Source: Nitrospirota bacterium
GTDB lineage: Bacteria > Nitrospirota > UBA9217
Direction of reading: 5' to 3'
NCBI GenBank assembly: GCA_963751455.1
Contig: CAVVUN010000001.1
Coordinates: 480,001-544,000, forward strand
DNA: 64,000 bases
The notes under the pieces were generated by a model, which saw nothing but the letters and a program-made list of their open reading frames with translations, had not been told where the DNA came from and made no database searches. The stretch's first letter is position 1; each line of letters starts with the position of its first letter. Position numbers and translations under genes: made by a program. Shown here one piece after another: positions 59,060-64,000 of this stretch.

Positions 59060-59773
59060 GGTGGACCCCCGCTGCTTCCATCTGGGTTCTCACTTCCGCG
59101 CCGACTGCCGCGCTATACCCCGCTGTTTCCATGTCCTTTTTCACTTCCTCTTCCAGGACAGCCACGATTCGCCCGCGGATCCCTTCCATGGAATGCACGA
59201 AAGGATCTATGGCCATCAGCTTTTCAGCAGCGTCCTTCTTTCCCTGTGCTGTTTCCAGCCATTGAGAGAAGTCGTTCATCCTTCCGCCCAGACGCTGCCG
59301 GGAATCGAAAAAGTGGTAATAGAGAGACGTGGGATCGATGTATTTGATTGCCAGTAGAAACTCGGCAAGGTTTTTCACCCAAACGCCTGCCGGAAAGACA
59401 AGGGTTATCGTTTCGTTGAAATAGAATTCGTCTCCCCGCCTGGTCTCCCGGGGTTCAGGGAACCGCTCTAAATAAGCATCGATCACGCGAATCAGCTCGG
59501 TTCGAAGCGAATCGATGGTCTTGAAATCATACGGATCTATATTCGACAATTCCTCCGCCAATTCACGTTCTTCGAGGTTCTCTCCGGCCCATTGTGCGAA
59601 ATCATTCGTATATTCCAGAACGTGACCTTTTAGAAAATATTGGTGCACATGGTGAAACAGGGATGATTCGCTTTCAATGCTATGACGTCACGCAGTTCAG
59701 CAAGCGATTTCGCCATGTTGCCTGTCGCCTTAAGCAGCGTTGAACATTGTTTAAATTGGAATACACCGTCCAT
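59052..59773 (-). CDS. DUF5752-family protein (TreT partner), with an apparent frameshift near 59675
   Basis: Duplicated SL(Y/F)HH...NDF.QW motifs; N-terminus MDGVFQFKQC is in another frame. Confidence 0.78.
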
Positions 59774-59801
59774 GGTTTCCTTTCCTCTCCCCCTAGGGGG
59801 C

Positions 59802-59939
59802 CTGGCAGGCTGTTGAAAAACCCTCCGCTCACCCTTCGACAGGCTCAGGGCGAACGGAGGGAGCCTTGAAATCCTTGCTTTTATCCGTTCGTGGTGAGCC
59901 TGTCGAACCACTCAAACGACTTTTTCAATAACGTGCTAG
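59802..59939. mobile_element. MITE with CAGGCTGTTGAAAAA-type TIRs enclosing a CTTCGACAGGCTCA REP doublet
   Basis: ctggcaggctgttgaaaaa ... tttttcaataacgtgctag (15/19 match). Confidence 0.75.
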
Positions 59940-60158
59940 ACCTTATCCGGCAACGCCGGCCTGAAGTTACTGAATGTTTTCGATCGTAACCATAATATTT
60001 AAAATATAGTTAGCAGAACGTTGTTTGTCAAAAAGATCGTACAAGTGGCTTAAGCCAATCGTTCGATAAACAGGAGTAAACAGCAGGAAAACAAATGCCG
60101 CGCCGGGTGTGATTTGAATCACGGCAACTATGAACCAAATGAAGGAAAAATCAATACC

Positions 60159-61535
60159 ATGAGTGTTGTTGCAACAGACCCCGTACTCCAGGTCGACCGT
60201 CGGAAGGATTACCGTGTCAGGAAGACGCTGCGGTACTCCCTGCATGAAGGCGCTTTTTCGGCCGCCATGATCGGGTTCGGGGAGTCTTTCTTTGCTGCAT
60301 ATGCGCTTTTCCTCAAAGCCACTACTTTCCAGGTCGGCATGCTGAGCGCTCTGCCGCAGGCAATCGGTTCGCTTTGCCAGTTTTTTTCCAACCTGCTGAT
60401 CCGCCGCCTCGGTTCCCGTAAAAAACTGGTCGTTTGGGCAGCGCTGCTCCAGGCCCTCGTGTACATACCGGTAGCCCTTGTTTTTTTCTTCGGCCATTTC
60501 AAGGTATGGCACCTCATTTTCTTTGCCTCTCTATACTGGTCCTTTGGAATGATATTGAGCCCGTCCTGGAACAGCTGGATGGGAGAACTCGTGAACGAAA
60601 ACCGGCGGGGCGCGTATTTCAGCCGCAGGACAAAGATCACGGGCATGGCAACATTCCTCGCGCTCCTCTCTGCCGGGTATATCCTGGAGCAGTTCGCGCA
60701 TGCGGGCATAAAAAAACAGTATATCGGGTTTACCATCATCTTCGCGATAGCGTTCGCAAGCCGTATCGCGTCCGTGGTCTTCCTTTCCAAACTATACGAA
60801 CCTCGTTATGTGGTCCCCCGGGAAGCGGAATTCGGCTTTCTTGATTTCCTGCAGAACAAGGAATTCACGAACTACCGGACGTTCGTTATGTATCTGGGCT
60901 TTATGAACCTGGGCGTGTTCCTGTCGGCGCCTTTCTTTACCCCGTACATGCTCACTGATTTGAAATTAAGTTATATTACTTTCACGCTGGTAAATGCGTC
61001 CGCGATCATAACGAAGGTGTTGTCGATGAGGGTCTGGGGTTGGGCGACCGACCGCTTCGGCGCACGCCGCGTGCTCAAGCTTGCCGGTTTTCTCATGCCC
61101 GTGGTGCCGGTGCTGTGGCTCGCCTCGCGGGACGTCAGGTGGCTGGTCGCGATCCAGGTCTATTCGGGCTTTGTCTGGGGAGGTTTCGAGATCGCGACCA
61201 TCAGCTTCATTTTCGATACCACCACGCCTTCCAAGCGGGCAACCTGCGTGGCCTATTATAACGTGATCAGCGGGTTCACCCTGATCAGCGGGGCGATGCT
61301 CGGCGGCTTCATTGTACGGTATAATCACGTGTTCGCGTCAAGCTACCTGCTCGTCTTTCTCCTGAGCGGCGTACTGCGGTTCGGGGCGTCATTCCTGCTG
61401 CTGGGGCGGCTGAAGGAAGTACGTACGGTCGAAAGGATAGGCTATCCGCAGCTGTTCATGAAAGTCATCAGGAGCATGCCAACAATGGGACTCTTATATG
61501 AGCTGATTCCGTTCAGGCGGGAAGCGGAGGACTAA
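60159..61535 (+). CDS. MFS transporter
   Basis: About 12 hydrophobic segments; PSWNSWMGELV...RRGAYFS; WG..TDRFG.RR. Confidence 0.85.
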   Translation: MSVVATDPVLQVDRRKDYRVRKTLRYSLHEGAFSAAMIGFGESFFAAYALFLKATTFQVGMLSALPQAIGSLCQFFSNLLIRRLGSRKKLVVWAALLQALVYIPVALVFFFGHFKVWHLIFFASLYWSFGMILSPSWNSWMGELVNENRRGAYFSRRTKITGMATFLALLSAGYILEQFAHAGIKKQYIGFTIIFAIAFASRIASVVFLSKLYEPRYVVPREAEFGFLDFLQNKEFTNYRTFVMYLGFMNLGVFLSAPFFTPYMLTDLKLSYITFTLVNASAIITKVLSMRVWGWATDRFGARRVLKLAGFLMPVVPVLWLASRDVRWLVAIQVYSGFVWGGFEIATISFIFDTTTPSKRATCVAYYNVISGFTLISGAMLGGFIVRYNHVFASSYLLVFLLSGVLRFGASFLLLGRLKEVRTVERIGYPQLFMKVIRSMPTMGLLYELIPFRREAED

Positions 61536-61543
61536 AGGCCCTT

Positions 61544-61644
61544 AAACGCACCCTGAAGGGTGCGGCTACCTGGGATCATCAATGTGCTGCCTTTTGGCAG
61601 CCGCAGGACTTCGGCGAGCTCAGTCGAGTCGCTTTAGCCCTGCG
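61544..61644. repeat. GTAG REP doublet with 23-bp palindromic micro-insert (61608-61630)
   Basis: Direct-orientation twin without the insert at 62633-62708. Confidence 0.85.
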
Positions 61645-61675
61645 AAATATCGCCTTTTCATTCTATTGGCTTCGC

Positions 61676-61951
61676 TCATCGCTCACCTGAAAACCTCTGA
61701 GCAGCGCGTGCTCGTGCCTTGGCTTTCTCTTTTGCGCGGGTCCTCGGTGTTGCATTCGTCTCAAGCGAGTTCAGAAGGTTTTTGGAAACTGCCGCTACTT
61801 CATCAACGGCTGCAGCAAATGCAGGTTCGTTGCTTTTCGATGGCTTGTTGAAGCCGCTCACTTTTCTCACAAATTGCAATGCAGCCGCATGAATCTCTTC
61901 ATCCGTGACAGGCGGTTCAAAGTTGAACAGGGGTTTAATGTTTCTACACAC
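61676..61951 (-). CDS. DUF2277-family small protein
   Basis: MCRNIKPLFNFEPPVTDEEIHAAALQFVRKVSG. Confidence 0.88.
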   Translation of the reverse strand: MCRNIKPLFNFEPPVTDEEIHAAALQFVRKVSGFNKPSKSNEPAFAAAVDEVAAVSKNLLNSLETNATPRTRAKEKAKARARAAQRFSGER

Positions 61952-61965
61952 AAGTTGCCTCCATG

Positions 61966-62520
61966 CTATGAGCAATGATGGTTACGGTCTTTCTGGTCCG
62001 GTAATTGGTCTGCCAGGACCTTTCGTATCGTACTTGTAATAAAGTTGTTATTGGGAATAAGAACTGTTTCTGAGTCCGTCTCGAGAGTCACATATCTCAA
62101 ATTAATATCAATGACCTTTCCTCTGATGCCGCTTACATCGATTGTATCCCCCAAATAAAATGGCGCATAAACGATGACCATCAAACCCGCCACAAGATTG
62201 GAAATGGCGTCTTTTAATGCAAGGCCAAGGGCAAATCCGGTCAGGCCCAGCCCGGCAACCAGGGCTGTTATGTTAACACCCACAGTGCCCAAAGCGGAAA
62301 TCGCGCCTGCCCCTACAATTACGGTATTAATGCTGCCGGCAATGAGCCGGTAGACGCGGTTTGCCTGCACGGTCTTGCGTTTCCCAAGTCGTCGAAGCAG
62401 CGAAGAAACAAACCAACCCGTAAATATAAATACGGAAAGGACAAACAAGGCGAGCAACATTCTTTCGGAGTAATCCAGGAATATTTTTTTGGTGTAATCC
62501 ACGAAGAGTTCTTTAAGCAT
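61966..62520 (-). CDS. Short MscS-family mechanosensitive channel
   Basis: LVAGLGLTGFALGLALKDAISN, PFYLGD, IPNN. Confidence 0.85.
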   Translation of the reverse strand: MLKELFVDYTKKIFLDYSERMLLALFVLSVFIFTGWFVSSLLRRLGKRKTVQANRVYRLIAGSINTVIVGAGAISALGTVGVNITALVAGLGLTGFALGLALKDAISNLVAGLMVIVYAPFYLGDTIDVSGIRGKVIDINLRYVTLETDSETVLIPNNNFITSTIRKVLADQLPDQKDRNHHCS

Positions 62521-62632
62521 AGTGTTCTCACGAGTAAACCGGACTTTTCGTTTAACTTCTTTTTTTACTCTATGTCACTATTTTATCTCGAATCGCTTTA
62601 ATAGTGATGACTGTCATAGCTCTCGCAGCATA

Positions 62633-62708
62633 AACGCACCCTAAAGGGTGCGGCTACCTGGTTTATAATTAATGTGATACGTTTTGGTAGCCGCAGGCTT
62701 TAGCCTGC
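62633..62708. repeat. GTAG REP doublet
   Basis: acgcaccctaaagggtgcggctacc ... ggtagccgcaggctttagcctgc. Confidence 0.85.
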
Positions 62709-62819
62709 AAAAATTGTTTTTCAATAGCCTACCAGGAAGTGCATGTGGTTGAGGTTACTGTGTGGTAGAACGACTTAGGCCGTAGCTGTTTGCTAGGCAT
62801 GAGGCGCGGGAGGTAAGGA

Positions 62820-63911
62820 TCAGTGATTTATCCAACGAATAAATTCAGCAGGAAGTGACCTTATAGTCTTCCATTTATTATTCAGCCAACTATCTGTCCA
62901 CTTAATCTTAAGATCTTTCTTTCTTATCTTAATATATTCTTTCCTTATATTCACATCCGTCTGCTTTATCGCCAGAAATGCGAGAACCGCTTCGACTGTG
63001 CGTTCCGGGTCTTCCTCCTGAGGCATATGCCCCAGGTCATCGAATATTTCCAATTGGCTTCCGGAGATGTCCCGCCTGAACCGTTGTGCGTGGTCAGGAG
63101 GGATAAGCCGGTCGCGGCCGCCCCAGATAATGAGGGTCGGCTGCTTGACGGTCTTTATCATTGGCGCAGCTGACCCTATATTCGATTGCTCGATCGCCTT
63201 GATGAGCGCGCCACGGTTGCCCTGGCAGAGCATCATCTGCTCGTGTCTGTCCACCACTGCCCGCGTTACCCGCGAGGGATCTCCATACAGCTTTTTCAAA
63301 CCCGATTCCAAGGCACTTCGGGACATTGCAAATCTGAACAACTGATTGAGCACCGGCATCTTTACTATATAAGAATAGATTGATTTTGATTGAGGCATGG
63401 GATATCCGGCCGCGTCTACGAGGATCAATCGTTGCACGCGCGGGGGCGCTGCCACAGCAAGATGCCAGGCAATGTCGCCTCCGAGCGAATTACCAGCCAC
63501 AATGCAAAGCTGAACCCGCAGTGTATCCAGCAAGTCCATTACAAATTGAACATAGCTCTCGAGACGATAATCACCCCGGGCATTTGGGCCTGTCAGACCG
63601 AACCCCGGCAAATCAAACGTGATCACGCGCCGCTGACCTTTCAGCGCTTCAACCCAGCCTTCCCACGTTTGCAGGCTTGATGAAGTGCCGTGGATCAGCA
63701 CAATGGGAACAGGGTCAGTGCGAGGCCCCTCATCACGTAGATGAACCTTCAGCCCCTTCACGTCCACAAACGTTGAAGGCGGTAAGGCCCATCGTCCGAT
63801 GAGGTCCTCCATGGGTATGTCAGGCTTCCAGGGACCTGTCATCATGACCCGGCTTGACGACCAGCGGACCATCATGGTAAAGACTCGGTATGGGAATAAT
63901 ATGTCTATCAT
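62820..63911 (-). CDS. Alpha/beta hydrolase with an atypical Lys/Trp-rich C-terminal tail
   Basis: HG..SS, DLPGFG, GNSLGG, WG.RD, GHMPQEE. Confidence 0.88.
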   Translation of the reverse strand: MIDILFPYRVFTMMVRWSSSRVMMTGPWKPDIPMEDLIGRWALPPSTFVDVKGLKVHLRDEGPRTDPVPIVLIHGTSSSLQTWEGWVEALKGQRRVITFDLPGFGLTGPNARGDYRLESYVQFVMDLLDTLRVQLCIVAGNSLGGDIAWHLAVAAPPRVQRLILVDAAGYPMPQSKSIYSYIVKMPVLNQLFRFAMSRSALESGLKKLYGDPSRVTRAVVDRHEQMMLCQGNRGALIKAIEQSNIGSAAPMIKTVKQPTLIIWGGRDRLIPPDHAQRFRRDISGSQLEIFDDLGHMPQEEDPERTVEAVLAFLAIKQTDVNIRKEYIKIRKKDLKIKWTDSWLNNKWKTIRSLPAEFIRWINH

Positions 63912-64000
63912 TATTTAACGCTTTTGCTTTAACTGATAATCCCGACCATAAAGCGAAATAATACTTATGCTGTAGGAAAATGGTATCATAACAATTTGGC

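Noticed and set aside
2489-59347. Many long plus-strand ORFs opposite housekeeping genes (e.g. 20972-21922, 37527-38540, 45079-45921, 47564-48613, 53479-54351)
   Set aside because: Antisense shadows of GC-rich coding regions, with no motifs or RBS.
1-64000. CRISPR array, rRNA or tRNA genes
   Set aside because: No regularly spaced identical repeats with unique spacers and no recognisable rRNA or tRNA sequence were seen by eye; the repeats are short-period or palindromic.

Overview
Bacterial chromosomal segment. Gene content suggests an uncultured Nitrospirota/Desulfobacterota-like anaerobe (inference). Mostly minus-strand housekeeping genes: purB, nusB, a rib cluster, a NikR-controlled ECF nickel transporter with fmdE, fdhD, archaeal-type pheS/pheT, queA, dcd, a CBS-domain tRNA nucleotidyltransferase, xerD, a heme-motif kinase/sigma54 regulator pair, a PyrR-attenuated pyr/car operon and a treY/treZ/treT trehalose cluster. 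An accessory islet between queA and dcd (about 21.9-29.1 kb) holds a group II intron that appears to split an attC-like hairpin, a BrnT/BrnA TA pair, a RAYT-like HUH transposase bracketed by perfect 34-bp inverted repeats and interrupted by an IS200-type element, a PATE-like remnant, and an AbiEi/AbiEii-WYL type IV TA locus. The most striking unexplained feature is that most intergenic spacers contain small inverted-repeat elements of many families: 7-mer and 8/9-mer tandem-arm hairpins, REP doublets, MITEs and 23-44 bp micro-inserts. They are nested inside one another, show filled and empty sites, and in places have entered coding sequences (carB, carA, a metallophosphoesterase). Several small frameshifts (nikQ, pyrC, pyrB x2, treY, DUF5752) look like assembly indels. 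All calls are by eye; no searches were run.
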